DNA of 64,000 nt from Terriglobia bacterium (GTDB taxonomy: Bacteria; Acidobacteriota; Terriglobia; 2-12-FULL-54-10): assembly GCA_963666975.2 (NCBI GenBank), contig CAXVYR010000004.1:1248001-1312000 (forward strand), in the 5' to 3' direction. Below, in pieces: positions 1 to 9,559 of the stretch. Position numbers and translations under genes: made by a program. The notes beneath the pieces were generated by a model. It ran no database searches and was not told the origin of the DNA. It saw nothing but the letters and a program-made list of their open reading frames with translations. Numbering within the stretch: the stretch's first letter is position 1; each line of letters starts with the position of its first letter.

Positions 1-727
1 CCTTGACGCCTAACTCTTGCTGGCCGCGCGGGCGCACGCTGACGTTGGCGTCGCAGCGCAGGCTGCCTTCCTCCATATTGCAATCGGAGACGTCGAGGTA
101 CTCCAGTATCTGCTTCAGCCGCGTCACATAATCGTAGGCCTCGGCCGAGCTGCGCATGTCGGGCTCGCTGACGATCTCGGCCAGCGGCGTGCCGCTGCGG
201 TTCAGGTCCACGTAGCTTTTGTCCTTCGAGTCAGGGAAGCCGTCGTGGATGCTCTTCCCGGCGTCCTCTTCCATATGCAGGCGTGTGATGCCGATTCGCT
301 TTGTACCCTTTTCCTGAGGGCCGCCCTCAGCCTGTCCATCTCCGGAACGAATCTCAATCCAGCCGTGCTCGGCGAGCGGCTGGTCGAACTGGGAAATTTG
401 ATAGCCCTTGGGGAGGTCGGGATAAAAATAATTCTTGCGGGCGAAGCGGGAAAACGGGTTTACGCGGCAGTTTAGCGCCAGCGCCGCTTTGACGGCCATC
501 GCCACCGCTTCCCGGTTCAGCACCGGAAGCGCGCCGGGCAGTCCCAAGCACACCGGACAGGAGTTGGTGTTGGGCGGATCGCCGAAACGGGTGGAGCAGC
601 CGCAGAAAATCTTGGAGCGCGTCCGCAGTTGGACGTGAACTTCGAGGCCGATTACCGGCTCGTATTTCCCCTTCAGGGCCTCCGGAATTTCCAGCGCGTC
701 CCTAGTTAGTTCCATAGTTAGTTCCAT
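1..727 (-). CDS. gatB: Asp-tRNA(Asn)/Glu-tRNA(Gln) amidotransferase subunit B, 5' part (runs off the window edge)
   Basis: Manual minus-strand translation gives MELT(MELT)[36 protein letters not shown]...[15 protein letters not shown]...[19 protein letters not shown], the hallmark GatB N-terminus. Start is 727 or 715 (12-bp duplication). Not in the ORF track because no stop lies in the window. Confidence 0.95.
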   Translation of the reverse strand, partial: MELTMELTRDALEIPEALKGKYEPVIGLEVHVQLRTRSKIFCGCSTRFGDPPNTNSCPVCLGLPGALPVLNREAVAMAVKAALALNCRVNPFSRFARKNYFYPDLPKGYQISQFDQPLAEHGWIEIRSGDGQAEGGPQEKGTKRIGITRLHMEEDAGKSIHDGFPDSKDKSYVDLNRSGTPLAEIVSEPDMRSSAEAYDYVTRLKQILEYLDVSDCNMEEGSLRCDANVSVRPRGQQELGVK

Positions 728-877
728 AAGAAGTTAGTGCCGTAACCAGTTAAACCCATCACAAGCGAATCCCACAACAGGCCACGCCTTTCAGAAACCA
801 TGCCCAGCAAAGGCATCCGCTACGGCAGCCGGGATTCTGCAAGCCCGTTGCGCCGGAGGGAATTTCCGGTCTCGCTC

Positions 878-1168
878 CTAATAAGGGGGATTCAAGAGGG
901 TCAACTCGAACTCCGCCGGGTCGAGATTCCGGCTGCGGAGCTGGGAGTGGCACTCCTCGAAACTGCTTCCGGCAGCCTCGATCTTTCGCAGGCGCACGTC
1001 CACGTACTCCACTCCCTCCCGGCTCACCTTTCCCGGAGGAGTGTACATCCGAAAGGCCACCCACTTCCCGGCGTGTTCCAAACGCTCCGAAAGGCTCAAT
1101 TCATCCACAGCCCGGCCCACCGGTTCGGGAGCGTTGCTTGCAACTTCGTTCGATTTCTTGCCAACCAT
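878..1168 (-). CDS. Small hypothetical protein
   Basis: ORF MVGKKSNE...GKWVAFRMYTP...LDPAEFELTLLNPPY, co-oriented upstream of gatB, with a purine-rich AGAAGGAGA just before the ATG. Confidence 0.6.
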   Translation of the reverse strand: MVGKKSNEVASNAPEPVGRAVDELSLSERLEHAGKWVAFRMYTPPGKVSREGVEYVDVRLRKIEAAGSSFEECHSQLRSRNLDPAEFELTLLNPPY

Positions 1169-1534
1169 GTCTCTCCTTCTACAGCCAAGCCTCTTCTCCA
1201 GCAAGAAACCGTCTTAAGCTGGCAGCAGGCAGATTCGTTGTCCTTCTAACCCTCAGATTATCCTGATGTGCGGCGGGAACTGCAAGGGGTTTTGGCGGGA
1301 TCGTTTATTTTGCTCTTCTTACCTACCAAGTTGCGGTCCTGCGCCTCCTCAATACACTGGGAGGATATACGCCGAAATCACTTTATGCCAGCAATGATCC
1401 AATCCCCGGGCCGGTGGCGGCATTTCTTTACAATTGCACCTCAGTGCACTACGCTATCGGCCAGATTGGACCGGTTTTCTTCGGCCATATTCCCAGGACT
1501 TCGGTAGCTGCTGCCTTATGATAAGGATACCATC

Positions 1535-2960
1535 ATGGCAAAGATCACAGTTGGGCCCGTCATCGGAAAGGTGACCCATAACCGTGGAAGGGTACTGCTT
1601 GAATTGAATGAAAACGCCGAAGTGACCTGTGTCGCAACTCCCCTCAAAGGAAAACGAGTGCGGCAAACCATGTCGTTCAGGAAAAATCGCGCTTCCGTTT
1701 TTCATCTGACCGGGCTTAAGCCTGACACCAGATACGAAATCAAATTCGATGGCGTTAATACGCCTCTGACAGGTACCTTGAAGACATTTGAGCTAAACCC
1801 CAGCCGAATGAACGTGGGAGCGGTAAGTTGCAACTATACCACCAAGCGAGGCGACACTGACCTCTGGGCGGACTTAAGAGACCGATATGTCAAGCAGGGC
1901 GAGATCGATTTGCTTCTCCATATACGCGGCCTTTGCCAAGCGGAGGTCTACGGCGATCAGGTTTACGGAGATATTGCATTTGCCGAAGCTCAGTTAATTC
2001 TGAACGGCAAGACTCCGGGCAACAGAGCGTCAGGAGGAGCAGATATTGGAACTCTATCGGCGACTCTACCGATGGGCCTGGAACGACACCGCCACGCAAG
2101 AAGTTCTGGCCAGCGTGCCTAACCTGATGATTTGGGACGATCACGAAATTCGCGATGACTGGGGCAGCCTGGAGTCTGACAAAAAATCCTCCGCTGTGGA
2201 ATACTACATTGGAACGTTGGCCCGACGCGTGTACCGAGAGTACCAACGGCAACTCTGGGACGATTTTGACCCTGACACAGGGCCTGCTTCTGAACTTGAT
2301 CACCACTTTCATATTTGGGGGCCAATTGGCGTTCTGTTCTTGGACCAACGAGGGCCGAGATCATTCCAAACTGACTCGGCTAGGCCTTACCTTGGAACAA
2401 AACAGTGGGACGAAATAAAGAACGCCCTTAGCGGGTCTAAAGGTATTTTTGCTAATCCATCGGTCCGGGCTCTACTGGTTGTTACTCCAGTACCCTTAGT
2501 TTTTCTAAGCGGCAAGATTTCGGGCGTCGGCAGTCACCTGATGGACGACCTCATGGACCACTGGTCTTACGGGTCACACAGGAAAGAACAAGTAGAGATG
2601 ATTAGACTGCTTAGATACTGGAAAGAAGCCAGGAAGAACGAAAGAGAACTCTTGGTGCTTGGAGGGGATGTTCACATCGGTGGGCACACGGATATCAAGC
2701 GCCGGGGCAACACAATTTTCAAGCAACTGATCACCAGTCCCATCACCAATCGCCCTCCCAAATCGTACGAATTCTATGGGGTCCGAATGCTTATGGAAGC
2801 CCAACAGAGGCTTGGAGAGAGGTACTCATTCGAGCATCACGACTTCACGAATCGGAGAAACTATGGGGTTGTTCTTGTCAGAATCCCACCCAAGGGATTG
2901 CCTAAAGTTGATGGTGTTCTGGTTGAGGCGGTTGCCGATAGGAAGACCGCGAGAAACTAA
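1535..2960 (+). pseudogene. PhoD-like (alkaline phosphatase D family) metallophosphatase, split by a frameshift near 2030
   Basis: ORF 1535..2122 has the FN3-like N-domain, VSCN and GDQVYGD. ORF 2046..2960 has IWDDHEI, DHW, GGDVH and ITSPI. Removing one base (aga gcg T cag gag) joins them. Could be a sequencing error. Confidence 0.75.
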
Positions 2961-3026
2961 CCATCCTTAATTGCGGATCGCATAATGTAGTGACGGGTTC
3001 TACCCGTCAGGATCGTCAACCCGATT

Positions 3027-3051
3027 CCGAGCCGCGCGCGTAAGCAAGCGG
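3027..3051. repeat. REP-like palindromic repeat, family A (ccgagccgcgcgcgtaagcaagcgg)
   Basis: Exact reverse-complement copy at 51290..51314, variant at 51231..51255, interrupted copy at 49539..49610. Confidence 0.8.
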
Positions 3052-3114
3052 CACCAAACGCTGGTCCATGGAGCCAAGTTGCGGGGTTGCTCCCTCACGC
3101 TCGCAGCGCGGCTT

Positions 3115-3594
3115 TTACATGGGGACGACGATGCGCGGCAGCAGCTTGCCAAATCGCGGGGCGGAGCGCTCCGCATCTCCATTCCCCCGTTCGCTTTCCA
3201 ACTGTTCTATCTCCATCCGCCGCATTTCCAGCTCCCGGCGAATCTGTTCGCTCTCCATCAGGTTTCTCTCCGCCCGTCCAATCACCTGATGCACGCTCTC
3301 CAGCAGCTTGATCTCTAGTCGCTCCAACTCCCGCTCCCTCGCCTCCAGTTCCTGGCGAAACTGTTCGCATTCCAGTCGCTCCTGTTGCAGCCGCTCGCCT
3401 TCCACTCGCACTTTCTCTACCAGCTCTCTTTCCAAACGCACTTTTTCCAGATGCACCCTCTGGAGCATTTCGTTCTCCATCCGCTCCCGCTCCCTCTGCC
3501 GCGTTTCCATCGCCCGGCGGCGACTGTACCGAAGCAGGGAGAATACGGAAAAGGCCGCGACGATCCCAGCGACGAGGATGACCCAGTTGTCCGT
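3115..3594 (-). CDS. Single-TM membrane-anchored coiled-coil hypothetical protein downstream of smc
   Basis: DNWVILVAGIVAAFSVFSLL TM followed by E/R-rich heptads. The best SD (GGAGG) lies 6 nt before an ACG codon at 3594, so the start is uncertain. Confidence 0.6.
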   Translation of the reverse strand, partial: TDNWVILVAGIVAAFSVFSLLRYSRRRAMETRQRERERMENEMLQRVHLEKVRLERELVEKVRVEGERLQQERLECEQFRQELEARERELERLEIKLLESVHQVIGRAERNLMESEQIRRELEMRRMEIEQLESERGNGDAERSAPRFGKLLPRIVVPM

Positions 3595-3614
3595 AGTTAC
3601 CCTCCACTCCGCGT

Positions 3615-6600
3615 TCAGTGAGCTGCGGCGACCGCTTTCTGCTCCGGAACGGGCGTCGCGGCTGCGCCGTTGAACTGGACGGAGACGATCTTGGAGACGC
3701 CCGCCTCTTCCATGGTGACGCCGTAGAGAACCGGAGCGACGCGCATGGTCTTTCTGCTGTGGGTGATAATGATGAACTGCGTCTCCCGGCTCATCTCCTG
3801 CAGCAGATTGGTGAAGCGACCGATATTGGCGTCGTCCAGAGGAGCATCCACCTCGTCCAAAATGCAAAACGGGCTGGGCCGGTAGCGAAAGACTCCCACC
3901 AGTAGCGCCAGGGCCGTCAGCGCCTTTTCCCCGCCGGAGAGCAGCAGGACATTTTGCAGACGCTTACCGGGCGGCTGCGCCACGATCTCGATTCCGCAAT
4001 CGGCGATATTTTCCGCGTCCGTCAGGCGCAGAAAACCCTGGCCGCCGTTGAAGAGAACTTCAAAGGTTTGCTGGAAATGCGTGTTGATCTGCTCGAAGGC
4101 TTCCAAGAACTGTTTGCTGGAGATGGCGTCGATCTCCGCAATCGCCTGGGTGGTGTCGCGGATGGAGTCGAACAAATCCTGCTTCTGGAGGTTTAGAAAA
4201 TCGTACCGCTGCTGGGACTCCTCCAATTCTTCCAGAGCCATCATGTTGACCGGCCCGAGCGCCTCGATCTTGCCCTTCAGTTGCCGGTAATTCTCATCGG
4301 CAGCGGCCATCTCCTCCGCATTCAACCGGGGCAACTCTTCCGCCGTCAGCTCCTCCACCTCCATCTGCAGCTCATTGCGGCAGGCCTCCTTCACGTGCGC
4401 CATCTCCGATTCCACGCGGGCCAACTGGACCTCCGCCGCCGTTTTTTCGTTCCTTGTCTCCTCCAGTTTCTGGCGGTGTTGTTCGAGCTCCTGCTCCAAA
4501 ACCGCCAGTCGCTCCCGGTACTGTTCACAATTTTTCTCAAGCTCTGACAGCCGGACGCCCCACTGCTCGGCGCGCTGCTCGGCCTGCGCGGCTTTCTGCT
4601 CCAGACGGGAATTCTCCTCGGCGGCGCTGTCCCGCCGCTGCCGCCACTCCTCCCGTTGCCGGCTGACTTCTTCGGCGCGAACGGAAATTTCCTCGATGGT
4701 ATGCTCCACACGCTCCAACGCGCTGGCCGTCGCCCGGTGACGCTCCTGAAACGCGGCCAGCCGGCTTTTGATCTCCATCGCGTTCGTATTGGCCTGCTCC
4801 CGGGCAGCCTCCAGATCGGCCATGGTCCGGGCCAAGTGGCCGGTTTCAGTTTCAATCTCCACCCGTCTTTGCTCGCGAAGGGAAATTTCCTGCGTGTCCT
4901 GGGCATGCTGCTGGCGGGCGCGCCCGGCTTCGCGGCGCAACCGCTCCACCTCCAAGTTGAATATGGAAAGGCGCTCCGCAGCGCGCTCCAGCCCTTCCTG
5001 TGCCTCTTTCCAATCCCGTTCCGCAACGACCGCGCTCTTCTCCGCCTCGCCCTGCTGCTGGGCCAGCGACTGCACAGCGGCCTGCAACCGGTCGATCTCC
5101 TCCGTCGTCCGGGCCATCTCTTCGCTGGTCCGGGCCATGGTCTGTTCGCGCTCCGCCAAGCTGCGCGTGATTTCGCGGAGCTCCCGCTTCAGGGCCAGGG
5201 GGCCGCCAAGATCGGCTTTACCCGTCGTGACGAGGCCGCCATGGAACCAGTCTCCCTCGGGTGTCAAAAAATACGAGTCCCGGTGCTGCTGGGCGAGAGC
5301 CCGGCCAGCCTCCACATCGGCGACCAGGTAGCTGTGGCGAAGCTTCGGCAGCAACGCGCTCGCCTGCCCGGAAAGCCCGTTTGAAAAACGCAGGTGGGCT
5401 TCCAAAGGCCCCAGCACTCCGGGCAGGGACTCGCAGCTTTCCGCCACGGCGGTTCCGTTTCCGCTGGAAGGCGCCGAGGATGAGGATGCGGAGTGCAGCA
5501 GAAAAGTGGCGCGTCCCGGAATCTCCGTCCGCAGCAGGTGCATGGCTTCGCTCACCGAATCCCAATCCTTCACTACAATGTAGTCGAGCTCCTCCCGCAG
5601 GAATTCCTCTACGATGTGCTCGCAGGCGGTTTCGACTTCGATGAAGTCCGCCAGAACCCCGACGGGCTCGAAGCCGCGCCGTTGCGCTATTTCACTGTTA
5701 TGCTCCGGGCTGTTTTGTTCCTGCATTGCCAACGGCTGCCCGTCTGTGCCGTTGCCGTTGCCCGCCGGAGCCTGCTTCTCGAACAGGCGGCGCACCGTCT
5801 CGGTGCTGTAGGCGCGGCGGGCCAGAATCTCTTCCAGCGAGGAACGGCGCGCGCGCTGGCCCGAAAGCTCCACGCGCAGTTGTTCGAGTTCCGCTCGTTG
5901 CCGCGACTCTTTTTCCCGGGCGTCGCGCAAACTTTCCCCCGACGAGGCGCGCCGGGCAGCGATGGATTCCAGTTCCGCTTGCTGGCGGTTCATGCCCGCG
6001 CTGAGGTCTCCCTGCCGGGAGGAGGCGGCTTCGCACTCCGCCTGCGCCGCCGAGCAGCCGTTTTCTTCTTGCAGGATCTGCCGCTCGGTTTCGCCGAGGA
6101 ATTTTTCCAGTTGAACCACTTGATTGCGGAGCGTGGCGCACTGGTCCACGGTTTCGAGCATCTCCTGGCGCAACTGCCCGACCCTCGCCTCTTTCTCCTT
6201 CATCTCGTTCTGACAGGCTTGCGACTGGCTTTCACATTCGCGCAACCGTCCGGCTGCTGCCTCCGCCTCCGTGTCGATCTCCGTTAAAGAGGCTGCGTGC
6301 AGGTCCCGCTCCGACTTCAAATGCTCCAACCGGGAACGCAACTGGCGCTGCTCCTCCAGCGCCTCCTCCATCCTGCTCTCCAGGTGGGTGATCTCTTGTG
6401 TCTGTGAGGTGACCTGGCTGCGGGCCCGTTCGGCGGCCAGGCGCAGCCCGGACCGCTCCTCGACACCCCGGCGCAGCTCGGCCTCATCGCGCTCGGAGAT
6501 GTGATGCAGCTCCCGCTGCTGCGTCTCCCGGCTCCGGGTCAGCTCGATCTGTTCCTGGAGAGAGCTGTTCCGCATGCTCAACTCCAGGGCAACCCGCACC

Positions 6601-7379
6601 GCCTCCTGCTCGCTTTCCTGGAAGCGCGTCGCCAGCAGAATCCGGAGCTGGCGCCGCATCTCTTCCTGCATCTCCCGGAAACGGCGCGCCCGCCCGGCTT
6701 GCCGCTTGAGCGAATTCACCTGGCGTGTGACCTCCTCCAGAATGTCCTGCACCCGCGCCAGGTTTTGCCGCGAGGCTTCCAGCTTCGCCCATGCCAGTTT
6801 TCGCTTGGCTTTGAATTTGGTGACTCCCGCCGCCTCTTCGATCAAGGCTCTGCGCTCATGCGGCTTGGAGCTGAGGATTTGTCCGATCCGGCCCTGCTCG
6901 ATAATGGCATAGGAGTCCGCGCCCAGGCCGGTTCCCAGAAAAAGCTCCTGAATGTCACGCAACCGGCAGAGCCGTCCGTTCATCAAGTATTCACTCTCGC
7001 CCGAATGGAACAGACGGCGGGAGACCAAAATCTCACCAGGCCGGGAGGCCTTCGAATGTCCGTTCGTCGGGGACTGCCCGGCCGAGTCGGAGGGAGCCGC
7101 TGCGGCGGCCTGCGGGTCGACGATGGTCAGCCGAACTTCCGCCATGCCGGTGGCCTTGCGGCCAGGAGTCCCATTGAAGATGACATCCTGCATGCGGTCG
7201 CTGCGCAACTGCTTGGCGGATTGCTCCCCCAGCACCCAGCTGATCGCATCGCTGATGTTGCTCTTGCCGCAACCATTCGGGCCTACGATGGCTGCAATGC
7301 CGGCACCGTCAAAACTGATCCGGGTACGATCCGCAAACGACTTAAATCCAAACAACTCTATTTGTTGGAGTCTTAACAA
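3615..7379 (-). CDS. smc: Chromosome segregation protein SMC
   Basis: GFKSF, Walker A GPNGCGKSN, long coiled coils, hinge, LSGGE signature, Walker B ILDEVD, ITH. TTG start at 7379. Confidence 0.97.
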   Translation of the reverse strand: MLRLQQIELFGFKSFADRTRISFDGAGIAAIVGPNGCGKSNISDAISWVLGEQSAKQLRSDRMQDVIFNGTPGRKATGMAEVRLTIVDPQAAAAAPSDSAGQSPTNGHSKASRPGEILVSRRLFHSGESEYLMNGRLCRLRDIQELFLGTGLGADSYAIIEQGRIGQILSSKPHERRALIEEAAGVTKFKAKRKLAWAKLEASRQNLARVQDILEEVTRQVNSLKRQAGRARRFREMQEEMRRQLRILLATRFQESEQEAVRVALELSMRNSSLQEQIELTRSRETQQRELHHISERDEAELRRGVEERSGLRLAAERARSQVTSQTQEITHLESRMEEALEEQRQLRSRLEHLKSERDLHAASLTEIDTEAEAAAGRLRECESQSQACQNEMKEKEARVGQLRQEMLETVDQCATLRNQVVQLEKFLGETERQILQEENGCSAAQAECEAASSRQGDLSAGMNRQQAELESIAARRASSGESLRDAREKESRQRAELEQLRVELSGQRARRSSLEEILARRAYSTETVRRLFEKQAPAGNGNGTDGQPLAMQEQNSPEHNSEIAQRRGFEPVGVLADFIEVETACEHIVEEFLREELDYIVVKDWDSVSEAMHLLRTEIPGRATFLLHSASSSSAPSSGNGTAVAESCESLPGVLGPLEAHLRFSNGLSGQASALLPKLRHSYLVADVEAGRALAQQHRDSYFLTPEGDWFHGGLVTTGKADLGGPLALKRELREITRSLAEREQTMARTSEEMARTTEEIDRLQAAVQSLAQQQGEAEKSAVVAERDWKEAQEGLERAAERLSIFNLEVERLRREAGRARQQHAQDTQEISLREQRRVEIETETGHLARTMADLEAAREQANTNAMEIKSRLAAFQERHRATASALERVEHTIEEISVRAEEVSRQREEWRQRRDSAAEENSRLEQKAAQAEQRAEQWGVRLSELEKNCEQYRERLAVLEQELEQHRQKLEETRNEKTAAEVQLARVESEMAHVKEACRNELQMEVEELTAEELPRLNAEEMAAADENYRQLKGKIEALGPVNMMALEELEESQQRYDFLNLQKQDLFDSIRDTTQAIAEIDAISSKQFLEAFEQINTHFQQTFEVLFNGGQGFLRLTDAENIADCGIEIVAQPPGKRLQNVLLLSGGEKALTALALLVGVFRYRPSPFCILDEVDAPLDDANIGRFTNLLQEMSRETQFIIITHSRKTMRVAPVLYGVTMEEAGVSKIVSVQFNGAAATPVPEQKAVAAAH

Positions 7380-7466
7380 CTTGCACCTCTCCTGGGAAAA
7401 TCCGGAAGTCCCAATCAGCCACAGGACGCCGGAAATCACATGTCCTTAATTAGTACAACTAATAAA

Positions 7467-8187
7467 GGGGCTGTCCTAGCTAAGGGTGATTCTGTCTCGA
7501 TTTGATCCATGTCTTCAATTGGTTAAGCAGTGTCCGGTGGTTACCGCCATTGAAGCGCCATTCGCACTCCTTCAGGAAGAGGTGAAAACTCTGTTTGGGC
7601 ACCCCGTTGAAGCGCCGAAGATGCCGCTTTGCCTGGTTCCAGAAGTTCTCGATCCCATTGATGTGGTTCCGTTCGTCGACGAACCGTTCCGAGTGGTTGA
7701 TCCGAACATGGTGGAAGTCCGACACATCCAGAGCATCGTAGCTCGAAAAGCCATCCGTGTAGACGATGCTGTCGGGCTGGATCAGGCGCTCCATGATCGG
7801 CATCAACGTGTCCGTACGGGCATTGGGGATCATCACCGTGTAGACCCTTCCTCCACGCTTCAAAAGCCCGAAAACCGGGACTTTCCCGCCAGCACCACGA
7901 CCGCGTTTGCCCTTGCGGCGACCACCGAAGTAACTCTCGTCCACTTCGATTTCGCCGCAAACCGAAGAGGCTTTCTGGGTCTCCTCGGCAATCACCGTGC
8001 GAATCCGTGTATAGAACGAAGCGGCCGTGTTCCGATGAACCCCGACAAGCTCAGCCGCCGCCCGTGCCGTCGTCCCGGCAACGAAGTGCTCCACCAACCG
8101 ATCCCGCTTCGCCTTGCTCAGCCGACTACGCCGTTCGTACATATCGCCATCCTATCCCTAAGCAATCTGCTTAGCTAGGACAGCCCC
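7467..8187 (-). mobile_element. IS1595-family insertion sequence, IS1016-like, complete (721 bp)
   Basis: Perfect 18-bp TIRs ggggctgtcctagctaag (7467) and cttagctaggacagcccc (ends 8187). 8-bp TSD ctaataaa at 7459-7466 and 8188-8195. Confidence 0.95.
7480..8142 (-). CDS. IS1595-family DDE transposase
   Basis: EVDESYFGG, GKRGRGA, VYTDG, HINGIENFW, ECEWRFN motifs. Confidence 0.95.
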   Translation of the reverse strand: MYERRSRLSKAKRDRLVEHFVAGTTARAAAELVGVHRNTAASFYTRIRTVIAEETQKASSVCGEIEVDESYFGGRRKGKRGRGAGGKVPVFGLLKRGGRVYTVMIPNARTDTLMPIMERLIQPDSIVYTDGFSSYDALDVSDFHHVRINHSERFVDERNHINGIENFWNQAKRHLRRFNGVPKQSFHLFLKECEWRFNGGNHRTLLNQLKTWIKSRQNHP

Positions 8188-8504
8188 CTAATAAATTGAC
8201 CCGCTCCGAGCGGTCTGCTGCCAGAAAGAAAATACAGTATATAGATCAGCTACAAATAAATACACAAGATTTTGGGGTTCTCTATCGGCTAAGACCCGCT
8301 TGAAGAGCCAGTCTGGGGAGCTGCTTTCATTATAGCTCACCTCCCGATCTCCCCTATTGCTTTCCTCTTTCACCACGCACTGAGTGACAATGTACCATTA
8401 TGGTCACCCCCTCCAGGCCACCAAGCAAGAAGAAAAAACTTTCATTTCTGATCGCTTCTGCGGTCTAGCATAGGCTTATAGCTGGATCAGCATCGAGGAG
8501 AGAA

Positions 8505-9491
8505 ATGCCCGCAACGATTTTGCTCGCCGACGACGATGCAGCCATGCGCGAATTTTTGGCTGAGCTGCTGACCGCGCAGGGAATGGAAGTAGTGACCGCG
8601 GGCGATGGCATTGCTGCCCTGGAAGCATTCACGTCTCGCCATCCCGACCTGGTGTTGCTGGACGTACAAATGCCCCGCCTGAATGGTCTCGAGGTTTGCT
8701 GGCGGCTCAAGTCCGATCCGGAAAGCCGCCTGACCCCGGTGGTATTGGTCACCGCGCTTACGGACACAGAAGACCGGATTCGGGGAATCGAAGCCGGCGC
8801 TGACGATTTTTTAAGCAAACCCGTGGACCGGAATGAACTCCTGGCCCGCGTGCGCTCCCTGCTCAAGCTGAAATCCTACACGGATGAACTGGAGCGGGCT
8901 GAATCGGTCCTGTTCTCCCTGGCGCACAGCATCGAAGGCAAAGACCCCTACACTGAGGGTCATTGTGAGCGGTTGTCGGGTTACTCGGCCAGCCTGGGCG
9001 AACGCATAGGATTGCCGCCCGACCAGATCACCGCCTTGCGCCGGGCCGGCATCGTGCACGACCTCGGCAAGGTGGCCGTCCCCGACGCAATTCTTCTGAA
9101 GCCGGGACCGCTCTCGCCGGAGGAATGGAAGATTATGCGGGAGCATCCCGTCGTGGGCGAGCGCATCTGCGCGCCGCTGAAATCGTTTCGCCTGGTGCTG
9201 CCTAGCATTCGCCATCACCACGAGCGGTTCGACGGGTCGGGCTATCCGGACGGGCTCCGGGGGGAGGAGATTCCCCTGACGGCGCGCGTGCTGCAGCTAG
9301 TGGATATCTACGACGCGCTGACCACGAACCGCCCGTACCGGCGCGCGCTGTCGCTGGAGGAGGCGCTGGCGACGATGGAGCAGGAGGTCCGCAAGGGCTG
9401 GTGGGACCCGCACAGCTTCGCCGAACTGCGGCAGATGTTCGCGCAGAGGCCCGCAGTGATGCGTGTACCCGCGCCAGCAGGGCCGAAATAG
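8505..9491 (+). CDS. REC + HD-GYP c-di-GMP phosphodiesterase response regulator (RpfG-like)
   Basis: ILLADDD...LLDVQMP receiver; KDPYTEGH, HDLGK, HHHERFDGSGYPDG. Confidence 0.93.
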   Translation: MPATILLADDDAAMREFLAELLTAQGMEVVTAGDGIAALEAFTSRHPDLVLLDVQMPRLNGLEVCWRLKSDPESRLTPVVLVTALTDTEDRIRGIEAGADDFLSKPVDRNELLARVRSLLKLKSYTDELERAESVLFSLAHSIEGKDPYTEGHCERLSGYSASLGERIGLPPDQITALRRAGIVHDLGKVAVPDAILLKPGPLSPEEWKIMREHPVVGERICAPLKSFRLVLPSIRHHHERFDGSGYPDGLRGEEIPLTARVLQLVDIYDALTTNRPYRRALSLEEALATMEQEVRKGWWDPHSFAELRQMFAQRPAVMRVPAPAGPK

Positions 9492-9559
9492 GTTCAGGAA
9501 ACCTCACTCGAATCGGTTTCGTTTTCGATCAGTATATTGACTGAGATCGGAGGAGCACA

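Noticed and set aside
17-475. Plus-strand 152-aa ORF
   Set aside because: Antisense shadow of gatB.
7486-8178. 230-aa ORF antisense to the IS transposase
   Set aside because: No recognisable motif; shadow of the IS1595 transposase.
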